This document shows positions 37,196 to 46,668 of a stretch of 64,000 bases of DNA, in pieces; position 1 is the first letter of the stretch, and each line of letters starts with the position of its first letter. Below the pieces are notes generated by a model. That model saw only the letters and a list, made by a program, of their open reading frames with translations. It made no database searches and had not been told where the DNA came from. The DNA is from a virus (Duplodnaviria > Heunggongvirae > Uroviricota > Caudoviricetes), in IMG/VR virus record IMGVR_UViG_3300033120_000816; one strand, written 5' to 3'. A program made the position numbers and the translations under genes.

Positions 37196-37431
37196 TTGTC
37201 AGAATTTATTTCCTCCCTTGTTGGGATAAAAAAACTAACACTACAATCCATTTTCTTAGGGCAATCTACCACCAGTTGATCTTCAAGATTGCCATCTCCT
37301 GAAGCTATTGAAAGGTAGTCGTTGTCCCCTACATGTGCAAATCTAACTTTCTTTTGTGGATTATTCCAATCGGGATTCCACATACACCCTTTAGATTGCT
37401 TTATTAACTCTTTGGCTCTTTCAAATGTCAT
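37174..37431 (-). CDS. hypothetical protein (85 aa)
   Basis: ORF. Confidence 0.4.
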   Translation of the reverse strand: MTFERAKELIKQSKGCMWNPDWNNPQKKVRFAHVGDNDYLSIASGDGNLEDQLVVDCPKKMDCSVSFFIPTREEINSDNWEVGNC

Positions 37432-37443
37432 AGTTGTGTGATT

Positions 37444-38142
37444 TTATGATGATTGATTTTGAACTCTGTTAAGTTGTGGGTTGCCTTGATTCTGCATAGT
37501 GGAATTTTTATTGCCGTCATTGCTTTCATCCACCACATTACCGTTTTTAGCTCCAAACATTAATCCTAGTACATTCTTAATTGCGGTTGCTGCTATGGCC
37601 CCAGATAATATACAGCCCTCATTCTCTGGGTCTATTGCCGGTATATAGCTTGCATGTACGTCTACTGGCTGTGTAAGGACTATCCTGTTTTCTGCTTCTA
37701 ACCAATAGTATATCAGGCTTGATGTAGGTGATATATCTAGGTAGTTAGCTTCTTCTGGGCTTATCTTCTGCATCTTGCAAGGAACACCCCCATTACAGTT
37801 TGCTGCTGCCCTCACGTTGTCTAAGGCGTATCCAAACTTATCATAACTGAATGATTGAATACAACTTGTGGGCTGCACATAGAAATACGGAGAAGTGTCG
37901 TCTGACTGTACGGTTAACTTCTCGCGAACCAACCAAGCTGCACTTATCTCTACGTTTGAGAACCCCTCCTCTTGCTTGTAGAGTTTACGGAGCTTCTGAA
38001 ACATATCGTCCAGTAGGTTGTCGTACTCTAGCGCAAATCTTCTCTTAAAGTCGTCTTCATCAAAGAAAGCATCTCTGGGTGCGTAGTCTTGGTAGAACGC
38101 ATCCATTGCTTGTGCTGCTGCTGACTTTAATGATATTGACAT
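37444..38142 (-). CDS. hypothetical structural protein (232 aa)
   Basis: ORF. Confidence 0.55.
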   Translation of the reverse strand: MSISLKSAAAQAMDAFYQDYAPRDAFFDEDDFKRRFALEYDNLLDDMFQKLRKLYKQEEGFSNVEISAAWLVREKLTVQSDDTSPYFYVQPTSCIQSFSYDKFGYALDNVRAAANCNGGVPCKMQKISPEEANYLDISPTSSLIYYWLEAENRIVLTQPVDVHASYIPAIDPENEGCILSGAIAATAIKNVLGLMFGAKNGNVVDESNDGNKNSTMQNQGNPQLNRVQNQSS

Positions 38143-38168
38143 ACCCCTATTTGGTTATTGCAAATATA

Positions 38169-38948
38169 CTAAGATAATTGATTCAAATCACTCTGTGCCA
38201 TCTGATATATTTCTCCATCTCCTACGTGTCCTGCGTATATCTTTTTGAGCCTTGCCATAAACTCTCCCATAAGTGTGTTACTCCACTCAAGATTAACACT
38301 TGTAAGTGGATCATAGATAACAATATCATCGGAAAGAGTATAACCAAATACTGCTTTTCTTGGGGTTCTGTAGTAGGTAAGCACCATAGATGTAATGCCT
38401 TTGGGGGCGATCCTAAACCCTGTGCCGTCCTGTACTATTTTTGGGTTCTTTAGGGTTGGCTGCTTGTTTGGGTGGTTTAAACAACTACTCCATCGCTGAG
38501 TGTCTATTTTGGTTACTACAGCTTCAATAAGATTCTCCCCAGCGTACCTTGCTTGCATTTCTGCATAGTCGGCGTCTACAATCTTCAAGCACTCCCCATT
38601 ATCTTCGTATATAGGGAACTCGCAGTTGCACCTTGTTTCTCCTCCGTCTCTTTGGCGAAGTATGGATGCTGATGCAAACCCCTCGTAATCCGAGGGATAC
38701 CTCACCAAATCGCTAGGCTGCCCAGGTTGTGGAGTAACTATTATGTTAATTACCTTCTTGAACGGAGAGAGGTCGTCGTCTAGCTGTTGGCTTAGTTCTG
38801 CTGCTGCTACCCTCTCTCTGAATAGCTCCATGTTTATTTTGTTATACCACTTCTCAAAGTCAGAAACGGGGCGTACTTGTCCCCGTTGCTGAATGTTCAC
38901 TTCGCTTAGTAATGCTTGGTATACCTCGTATGTATTGATGTTTGTCAC
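38169..38948 (-). CDS. hypothetical structural protein (259 aa)
   Basis: ORF. Confidence 0.6.
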   Translation of the reverse strand: MTNINTYEVYQALLSEVNIQQRGQVRPVSDFEKWYNKINMELFRERVAAAELSQQLDDDLSPFKKVINIIVTPQPGQPSDLVRYPSDYEGFASASILRQRDGGETRCNCEFPIYEDNGECLKIVDADYAEMQARYAGENLIEAVVTKIDTQRWSSCLNHPNKQPTLKNPKIVQDGTGFRIAPKGITSMVLTYYRTPRKAVFGYTLSDDIVIYDPLTSVNLEWSNTLMGEFMARLKKIYAGHVGDGEIYQMAQSDLNQLS

Positions 38949-38960
38949 TTTGTAGTTTGA

Positions 38961-41387
38961 TTATCTTTGAACAATGTAGTTCCATACGTATTGCGTACTG
39001 TCAGATAGCGCAGTAACAATAGCCCCAGCAATTATGCTTACAGAGTTTGCGCCAACAATCACGGTGCTTTGAGCTGCAAGCGCTGGCACGTTTTGTGGCA
39101 CAAAAACAGGAACAGACCAAAAAGATCCAGAGGGGTCGGGTGTGTTGTATATTAATGTGAACAAGTCGCCAGTTGTGCACCCGGTACCTGTAGTAAGCCT
39201 AACCCTACCCTTGTTGTCGTCCGATCCGGTATCAATACTCAATGTAGCCCCAACACCTGCCGCTGCCGCTATGGTAAACGTTGGCGCTACGCGGTTTCCT
39301 ATCATAGCAAAAGTACCACCCCTTCCAATTGACAGTTGATACACCCTATTAGCAAGTATACCATCCTCTGATTTAACCGAACTTAAAAAAGCAGTTCCAG
39401 AAGAACGCAAACTTAATGTGCTAGAGCTGCCAGTTGCCGACAATGAAGCAAAAGCAAGGGTGCTGTTTGCGGCAATCAAGGAACCCGCAGACATTGATGC
39501 GTATTGACCCACTATGCTTCCACTTATAATAGTGTTTGTGGTGGTGTTGCCTGCGTCAGTTACTTGCTGAAGATTGAGGTCTAAGTTGCTATACGCCAAT
39601 ACAGAGTATACATTTGGGAGTATACACTGAACTATTACAGACTGCATTGGTCTATTCAGTATAATTGAAGAAGCGTTATCAATTATACCAGAACCGTCCA
39701 CTTGTATAGTTACCGTTCTACCTGCAGGAACTGCTCCGTATAGCTTTATGCAATACACCTGCTTTACTATTGACGGCAGCGTAATCACTCTGCTTGCTGC
39801 CGACACGTCACATATTATCTCAAAATCTGTTGCTAGTGCAGTATATGCAGCTGTAGCTTGCGTGACAGCAAAACCAATACCGGTTCCATACATGGCATTT
39901 GTGGTAGTGTTCCCTGCCGTTGTTACGGCTTGTAGGTTTGTTGTCCCTGGAAGAACCCAAGATAGATTACCGGAACCATCGTTTACTAAGGTTGTGCCAG
40001 CGCTACCCTGATTTTGCGGAGCAACTATAGCATAAGTGTTTTGCATTGGGTGTGCTTGTACATAAAATGTACCATACCCTATAGATCTTACCCAAACCCT
40101 TCCTGAAACATCTGTAGGGGAACTAAGTCCTATCCCAGCAACAACACCACCCACACCTAGTTTTTCTATAAGTATTTGGTCGTCTCCTATTGTCGTGTGT
40201 CTAGTTGACACATCTCCCACAATGATATCTCTGGTTGTTGTGTTGCCGTTATCTGTTACTTGCTGCAAAGTCCCAGAGGTTGCGCCCGGCACCGAAAGAT
40301 AAAGCGTGTAGTTGTTGCCCACATTGGTTACGGTGGCAGTGATAGCCCCCGTTGTCACTGGAGTAATTGTGATATCGCCGTCTGTTACTCCAATGGCGTT
40401 AATCCCTCCACCTACTCCGCAGTTGCAAGTGAAGCCGCCTATTTTCTTTATTTCCTCTATAAGAGCAGGAACATCTATTCCGCAAAATGGTTGATTGATA
40501 CCTATAAAGCACTGACCCAACAAGGTGTTAATACGGAGTAGCTTGTCTTTAACCTCTGTGTTTTCTACCGTACCACACTTGGTTGGGAGTAGCTTGTATA
40601 GCTTGTCTATTTCACACACAAGTTGACACAGGTCTATGTTACAGTATACGGCAAATACCTTGTCAAACTTGTACTGTATTTTTATTGACGCTCCGTCACC
40701 CATGTCGTAGGTGGCAAAGGTGCTCAAGTTAAGTTGATACCCTTTAGCCGAGTAGCCTACAGGAAATATTACAGTAGCCCTATCCTCTACCGTTATAACT
40801 TCTGGGTCGTTACCTTCAGCATCCATTGGATATGCTAACTTCCAAGTAGATGATGATGCAGAACCTAATCTGTTTTGATAGGTGTAATTGGTCTTATCGG
40901 TTGCGTATATCTTTGCAATATTACACTTGGTTTCTGCAAACGCTTCCGCTACACCAAAGTTTCCTCTTGTCTTCTCCGTGCTGCCATTTGGTCTACATAT
41001 AGTTGTAGCCTTGGTTATTGAGTAGATGTTGTTGGCAGAGTCTTTAACGTACAGTGTTGTTCTGTATGGCAAACTGCACGAGAATACTATTTGACCATAC
41101 GGTGGAACTCCGAATGGTGTTGGCCAAGCCCCAGCAGGGAGCGTGAGTGTTGTCCAGTTTGCTGAAGTTACATCGGGAGTACCGACTGAACCTTGGTGAA
41201 TATAAGTCCCGTTAGGGTCTGTAACCTCATACCACCATGTACAGTTGGCGAGATTTGTTGTGCCAGATGGATTGCCAATTGAAGTGTTAGTCAATACTAT
41301 GCTTGGCACACCTCCACTTATATCGTAGAGGACGCTAAAATTGAGGTTGGTTATATCCGGAGAGCCCGTTATTGGTAGACCTGGCAT
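38961..41387 (-). CDS. tail fibre / tail spike-like protein (808 aa)
   Basis: Gly/Thr/Ser/Asn-rich beta-rich composition with repeated 'NTTT' / 'QQVTDAGNTTTN' segments, typical of fibre or spike proteins. Confidence 0.65.
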   Translation of the reverse strand: MPGLPITGSPDITNLNFSVLYDISGGVPSIVLTNTSIGNPSGTTNLANCTWWYEVTDPNGTYIHQGSVGTPDVTSANWTTLTLPAGAWPTPFGVPPYGQIVFSCSLPYRTTLYVKDSANNIYSITKATTICRPNGSTEKTRGNFGVAEAFAETKCNIAKIYATDKTNYTYQNRLGSASSSTWKLAYPMDAEGNDPEVITVEDRATVIFPVGYSAKGYQLNLSTFATYDMGDGASIKIQYKFDKVFAVYCNIDLCQLVCEIDKLYKLLPTKCGTVENTEVKDKLLRINTLLGQCFIGINQPFCGIDVPALIEEIKKIGGFTCNCGVGGGINAIGVTDGDITITPVTTGAITATVTNVGNNYTLYLSVPGATSGTLQQVTDNGNTTTRDIIVGDVSTRHTTIGDDQILIEKLGVGGVVAGIGLSSPTDVSGRVWVRSIGYGTFYVQAHPMQNTYAIVAPQNQGSAGTTLVNDGSGNLSWVLPGTTNLQAVTTAGNTTTNAMYGTGIGFAVTQATAAYTALATDFEIICDVSAASRVITLPSIVKQVYCIKLYGAVPAGRTVTIQVDGSGIIDNASSIILNRPMQSVIVQCILPNVYSVLAYSNLDLNLQQVTDAGNTTTNTIISGSIVGQYASMSAGSLIAANSTLAFASLSATGSSSTLSLRSSGTAFLSSVKSEDGILANRVYQLSIGRGGTFAMIGNRVAPTFTIAAAAGVGATLSIDTGSDDNKGRVRLTTGTGCTTGDLFTLIYNTPDPSGSFWSVPVFVPQNVPALAAQSTVIVGANSVSIIAGAIVTALSDSTQYVWNYIVQR

Positions 41388-41483
41388 TTTAATTTATTTT
41401 GTTATGTTGTTATAAAAAAGGAAAAGGGAAGCCCCACTCAGGACTTCCCTTTTTGGGTAATATTCTGTTAATTTATTTTTTCA

Positions 41484-42434
41484 TTATGGAGTACATGCAC
41501 CTGCTGTTGCAGTGGCTACCAGTGTTACGCCATCGTACAATTTCGGCACAGCCTGCAAGCTAGTAATAGTTAGCTTGTTGGTTATAGCTGTGAATGTTGA
41601 GAATGGCATGAAAGGCGTCAATCTGTTTTGCAACGTTGTTTGGTTGCTGGCTGTCAACATGAAAGGAGCAAATGGCATGATAGCACCAGAACCGAATTGC
41701 ACGCCGTTGACTGCGGCAGGCGTTGCGCCAAATGCTGTCAAATCAAAACACCATGGAGCAGGAACAAGATTTGGAGCTACACCAGCTTCTGTAACGAATA
41801 CTGCATCTACACCGTCTTCACTCGCCAGCCTTACTATGTCGCCAGAACTTGACCACGTACCGTAATCACCCCAGTTTGAATTTGCCCAAGTCACGAATAG
41901 CGCAGGAGTAGTAATGCCTGCTGCAACATAAGGAGTTACAGGGCCCACACCATTAAACCACGGGAAGTCAATTTCATACAACAAAGCATTTGGGTTAGCT
42001 GGGAATGGGAACACAAACGTATTCACGCCATCTACCGATGTTTGTGGAGGAGATTGTAGGATTGGTTGTGGTATGGTTACTGTAGGCATCACTGGAGTGT
42101 CGCCACAACAACCGTTACAATCATCAATGAAAGTGTAGCCAGTTACACCGTCAGAGTCAAGTATGGCAATACCATATTCTGTATTAGCGTCCAACGGGTC
42201 TTTCAACCTCAACACCTTGAGTGCGTCAGGGGTTGGTTTCACCGCATCTACAGCCACTCTGTAGTTGTAGCTTATCAATCTGTTCCCAAGTGTCACCGGC
42301 AATTTCCAAAACACACCCATTATAGTGCATCTGCAGGGAATTGCCTTCTCTATGCCGTTAGGATAGTTAGGCCACTGATAAGATTGTCCGTTTAACTCCA
42401 CGCATTGGAGCGTGTTAACGTAATTTATTGCCAT
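41484..42434 (-). CDS. tail-associated protein (316 aa)
   Basis: ORF adjacent to the fibre gene. Gly/Pro/Thr-rich. Confidence 0.55.
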   Translation of the reverse strand: MAINYVNTLQCVELNGQSYQWPNYPNGIEKAIPCRCTIMGVFWKLPVTLGNRLISYNYRVAVDAVKPTPDALKVLRLKDPLDANTEYGIAILDSDGVTGYTFIDDCNGCCGDTPVMPTVTIPQPILQSPPQTSVDGVNTFVFPFPANPNALLYEIDFPWFNGVGPVTPYVAAGITTPALFVTWANSNWGDYGTWSSSGDIVRLASEDGVDAVFVTEAGVAPNLVPAPWCFDLTAFGATPAAVNGVQFGSGAIMPFAPFMLTASNQTTLQNRLTPFMPFSTFTAITNKLTITSLQAVPKLYDGVTLVATATAGACTP

Positions 42435-42470
42435 TGTATTGAGTTTTTGCTTTTGTTACTCTTTTTTTAC

Positions 42471-43517
42471 TTATAACCCCTTCGCCTCTACCTCATTTTT
42501 TACAATGATATAGTTGTTGTACATGTTAGCGGTTGATATCATCGCTATAGATGCTGCAGGGAGAAGGTTGTCTGCGTCTACTTTACCTTTAAACTTGTAG
42601 ATGTTCTTTGTTTCACCTATTGCCAAGTCAATGCCAATTGATGATAGTTTTATGATTTCGGCAGAAAATGCTTTTGCCAATACCATCTCTACATCCTTCA
42701 ATCCTTGACTTATCACCTGCACAAACTGCTCTGGTGACGTTGTAGACAACCCATGTAGCTCTACAAACTTCTGAGCATTCTCGTTGGCTCCGTATTTGTT
42801 TTCTGGTATGATACCGAGGATACGCAAATAAGAGTTGAGTAAATCTTCGTTGTAGGTATAGGTGTTGTCTGCGTTTTTAGTTCTTACAGCTCTCAAAATA
42901 TCCACAACGGCTTCCTGTACATCAAAGCTGAGTGCTTTTTTCTGTGCTTTTTCTTCTTTTCTGAGTGGTTTGAACCTATGGGTTTTTACCAAGTTTAGCT
43001 TATTTTGTTTACCAGATGCAGACTCGTCATTCAACTCATGTGAATTGATAAACGCAACCAGCGCTGGATCCGAATCGTATCTTCTCAAGTCCAACAAACC
43101 AGTACCATTAGAGAAAGATATTGCAGGAGTTCTTTTGCGCTCTTTCTCAAGGTCGTATCCTTGGCTTTTTAGCCCTTTTTTAACTACACCGTCTTTATCA
43201 ATGTAATCATCAACAAATATAGTGTTGGCGTTAGGGATATACTGCGTAAGCGCATATCCATGACCTGCGCCTAGATAGTGCATGGATGTTGGCAATAGAA
43301 TGAAGGTTCTAGGCGCATCTATTGAAATAGGGTTTGCCGAGTTTCTTGTATCCTCGCGAATGAAGCCGCTTTTGTTTTTCCTTTTTACAGAAAATTCAAA
43401 TACCAAGTGTTTCTCAATATTAGAATAATTGGGCATGTCTTTTACTTCTAAGACTGCTCCACCACTTTCCCTGCTTGTTTTGTCGCTAGGCAATATGCCA
43501 TTGTTTTTCCCTGCCAT
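42471..43517 (-). CDS. hypothetical virion protein (348 aa)
   Basis: ORF between the tail and head genes. Confidence 0.6.
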   Translation of the reverse strand: MAGKNNGILPSDKTSRESGGAVLEVKDMPNYSNIEKHLVFEFSVKRKNKSGFIREDTRNSANPISIDAPRTFILLPTSMHYLGAGHGYALTQYIPNANTIFVDDYIDKDGVVKKGLKSQGYDLEKERKRTPAISFSNGTGLLDLRRYDSDPALVAFINSHELNDESASGKQNKLNLVKTHRFKPLRKEEKAQKKALSFDVQEAVVDILRAVRTKNADNTYTYNEDLLNSYLRILGIIPENKYGANENAQKFVELHGLSTTSPEQFVQVISQGLKDVEMVLAKAFSAEIIKLSSIGIDLAIGETKNIYKFKGKVDADNLLPAASIAMISTANMYNNYIIVKNEVEAKGL

Positions 43518-43609
43518 TTTTGTTCTTTTTGTTGTGTGTTAGATTTTTTTTGTTGTGTTTTTTATAAGTATTGTCGGGCTAATTACGGTTAGCCCGACAA
43601 TGATTTTTA

Positions 43610-45187
43610 CTATGCGTTTGAGCTGATGTACTTTGGCATACTTGCCCACATGTTCTCTACTCCGTTCACTGACATCATAATGTCGTGAGTGATGGTACCA
43701 GAGAATTTATCTGCTGCGTTGCTTAACTGCATTTCGTCCCTCCAGTATTCAGTCCAAGTACCAGACAATCTTGTGCCAGTTGGTATCCAATATTCTACAG
43801 GAGATACTTTGTTACCCTTACTGTCGGTAAGACCATCTCCTGGCATTATGATTGCCATGTTAGGGAAATATGCATTACCTATCAGACGAGAATCGGTAAA
43901 TGCACTTACTTCACGCATGTGGCAAGAGAAGCCACCCCAAGTGAATGAATCCACACCAAGACGTTTGATGTCTGCCATTTCGTCACCCATTCTTTTGAAT
44001 GTGTCAAAAGAAAGGCTACCAGAGTTGTACTGGAACATGTTCTGAGAACGACGCTCCATGTTGTACTTCCATTTTTTGGCAGCCATGAACAACATCTCCA
44101 TTGACTTCTTCTGAGCATCGTTACTGAACATCATTTGCATGAAGTCAACATCTAGGTCGTAGCCGTAAGTGTTGTCGTATTGTTGTACGTTACCGCCGCC
44201 GTAGAAGATTGTAGTCAGCAAACCGTCGAAACCGAAATACTTGTTAGTATATCCGTTTGTGGTAAGTGAAGTGTTGGTCATTACTTGACCAGTGAAGAAG
44301 TGTAGGTTTTCTGCCATAACCAAACGCTCGCGAGCATCAGCCATAGATTTGAAGTCCCATGCACTCATTTCAGCGCCGCTCACCATATCAAATATGATAG
44401 CAAACTGCAGAACGTCTTTGTAGGGCTTATTCAGATCACGAGGAGATTCCCAGTCTGTACGTAGAGACCATGGGTTGAACACCTTGGTGTAACCCAGTGT
44501 TTCCCACTCAGAGTGTGGCGGAGAAGTGGTTTTATCCGAATAACCAGTAGTGATGTTTACGTGCGCTGGCTGCATGGGTTGTTTTGCGTATATGGTTGGG
44601 ATATACCCATCGTCAAACGGAGCCACCCATACTTGGTGCGCAAACGGAGTTGATGCATCAATTTTTATTACCTGAAGCATTTGGCTGTCAAGGTAGTTGT
44701 ATAGCTGGTCGCCTAAGTTGATATTAGACTTGCGTCCGTTATCACTATAGGTATCCACAGCCAAGAAGAATGTTGCATAATTGCCAGTATATGTACCGTC
44801 CACCATCTCGCCAAATGACGCATTGGTTACACTACCATATGTACCTACAGCGTCGTTCTCGGCGTAGATGTTAAAATCCAAAGCTGAGTTGTAGCGAACA
44901 CTGATAGATGTTGCGTCTGTTGGTTTTGGAGTACCTCCCATCATAAGACGGAAGAAGTCAATCTCTGGTGGCTTACCACCCACGTTCACAATGCCATCGC
45001 GAATATTACGGCGCCATGTTGCCAAGTCTCCCTCATTGAGACCAAGCGCCTCTGCGCCGCCATCTTCAACGAAATCCCAAAACTGGCGATATACGTCAGA
45101 GAAGGGTTGAAATTGGCTTTGTGCATCCCCTACAGAGAATATCTGCCTTGGGGCATTGATTGGATTGTTGACAAAATTAATAGCCAT
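43610..45187 (-). CDS. candidate major capsid protein (525 aa)
   Basis: Size and position fit a major capsid protein. It follows the portal and an acidic scaffold-like gene in transcription order. Confidence 0.5.
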   Translation of the reverse strand: MAINFVNNPINAPRQIFSVGDAQSQFQPFSDVYRQFWDFVEDGGAEALGLNEGDLATWRRNIRDGIVNVGGKPPEIDFFRLMMGGTPKPTDATSISVRYNSALDFNIYAENDAVGTYGSVTNASFGEMVDGTYTGNYATFFLAVDTYSDNGRKSNINLGDQLYNYLDSQMLQVIKIDASTPFAHQVWVAPFDDGYIPTIYAKQPMQPAHVNITTGYSDKTTSPPHSEWETLGYTKVFNPWSLRTDWESPRDLNKPYKDVLQFAIIFDMVSGAEMSAWDFKSMADARERLVMAENLHFFTGQVMTNTSLTTNGYTNKYFGFDGLLTTIFYGGGNVQQYDNTYGYDLDVDFMQMMFSNDAQKKSMEMLFMAAKKWKYNMERRSQNMFQYNSGSLSFDTFKRMGDEMADIKRLGVDSFTWGGFSCHMREVSAFTDSRLIGNAYFPNMAIIMPGDGLTDSKGNKVSPVEYWIPTGTRLSGTWTEYWRDEMQLSNAADKFSGTITHDIMMSVNGVENMWASMPKYISSNA

Positions 45188-45238
45188 ATTCTGTTTTTTA
45201 AGTTTATTTGTTTATTGTTTTTGTTGCTTCTTTTATGG

Positions 45239-46282
45239 TTAATCAAGTTTACCCTGAGAGGCAAGCCTGTTGTAAGTGTGCTCTATTGCTTTCTTTGGTG
45301 GCTCTGGCGGCCTGTTCTTAACAAAATTGTTGTTGTTGCCAGATACCGGTATGTTTTTGAACCTTGCCGCAACATCCTTTTCTACCCTCGCTGCATGTTG
45401 CTTGAACGCCTCAGCTATTCCTTTTTTGAACAACTTCAGCTCGATGGTTGATGATATTTCTTCTGCTAGGGTTTTGCCGTCTACTTCATTTTCATGTGCT
45501 CCCAGTGCGTAATAAACATTCTCATTGGAGAATTCCTTTTTTACACTCTCTATAATCTTGTCGTCTACAGGTATGCTGTATTCTGCCTGTATTTCTGTTC
45601 CATCTTCACTGGTATATGGAACAGATATTTTAAACTCCCTTGGCTGTGCTTTGATGGCTTCCTTAACTTTAGAAGTAAAGTTGCCAAACCTCTGCTCATG
45701 TGTTACGTGCGCCTCATACTCTGTTTCTATGTCTTCTACAGACTTAGTGTTCTCTTTTACGTAGTTGGCTACCAGCTTCTCCATTCTCTTTTGGGCAATA
45801 GCCTTTGTGGGGCTGTTGTCCTCTAGGTGCTCTTGGTAGAAATCTTTAAAAGACTCTTCTATCTCTTCCTTGGATGCGCTTGGGTTTGCTTCTGCATACT
45901 CTTCCGAAAACAGATCAAGCGCAATATCTCTTTGTGCTTTGGCTTTAAGAACTGCTGCTTTCTCTATGTTTTCTTGAGAAACTTTACCAGTTGATATCGC
46001 CCACTCAAGCGCCTTTCTTTTCTTTTCTGCTTTTTCAGCCTCTACTTCCTCGTTGGATTTTTTAGGGGCTGGTTTTGCCTCGTCCAAGGTTTTGTAGTTT
46101 GTGCCCAAAACCTTATTGATAACTTTCAACTGCAACTCTTCATCTTCTTCTATACTCTTTGCTTTGGCTGCGGGTTGCTCTTCACTTTGTTGTGATGGCG
46201 CTTCCTGACCTGCCGGAACGGTTGCGACTGCACCACCTCCTGGTACAATCACTTCCTCGTTGTGTGTGGTTTCCGTTGTCAT
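45239..46282 (-). CDS. acidic, helical scaffold-like / head-associated protein (347 aa)
   Basis: Glu/Lys/Ala-rich coiled-coil composition. Sits between the portal and major capsid candidates. Confidence 0.5.
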   Translation of the reverse strand: MTTETTHNEEVIVPGGGAVATVPAGQEAPSQQSEEQPAAKAKSIEEDEELQLKVINKVLGTNYKTLDEAKPAPKKSNEEVEAEKAEKKRKALEWAISTGKVSQENIEKAAVLKAKAQRDIALDLFSEEYAEANPSASKEEIEESFKDFYQEHLEDNSPTKAIAQKRMEKLVANYVKENTKSVEDIETEYEAHVTHEQRFGNFTSKVKEAIKAQPREFKISVPYTSEDGTEIQAEYSIPVDDKIIESVKKEFSNENVYYALGAHENEVDGKTLAEEISSTIELKLFKKGIAEAFKQHAARVEKDVAARFKNIPVSGNNNNFVKNRPPEPPKKAIEHTYNRLASQGKLD

Positions 46283-46374
46283 TTAGTGTATTAAATTATT
46301 CATACCAAAATTAGATTGCCTATTTGGTTTTTAGAACAATAGGGCGTAGCTTTACCCACACTAAGTGTGCATCT

Positions 46375-46668
46375 ATGAGTTTTTACTTTAGGTCTAATTT
46401 TACAGACAGCGAGTGGGCTAAGCTAGGAGAACTGGCTGCCGCTAAAAACATGACTATTACAACATTTGTTCGTCACGAGGTTCATAGATCTATGTCTTCT
46501 ATGGAGTGCTGCGAACCATGCACTGTTGAACCACACAAAAAACGACACCTAGAACTATCTCTACCAGACGACACAATAAAAAAACTACACTGCCGGGCTC
46601 AGTCTTTAAACTTATTCCCTAGCAATGTAGTCTCTATAATTCTTCGAGAGAAAATATCCTCCCTTTAA
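46375..46668 (+). CDS. tandem ribbon-helix-helix protein (98 aa) encoded antisense within the head module
   Basis: Two RHH-like units: 'FRSNFTDSEWAKLGELAAAKNMTITTFVRHEV' and 'LELSLPDDTIKKLHCRAQSLNLFPSNVVSIILREKI'. It occupies an otherwise unexplained 380-nt gap between the minus-strand genes. Confidence 0.4.
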   Translation: MSFYFRSNFTDSEWAKLGELAAAKNMTITTFVRHEVHRSMSSMECCEPCTVEPHKKRHLELSLPDDTIKKLHCRAQSLNLFPSNVVSIILREKISSL

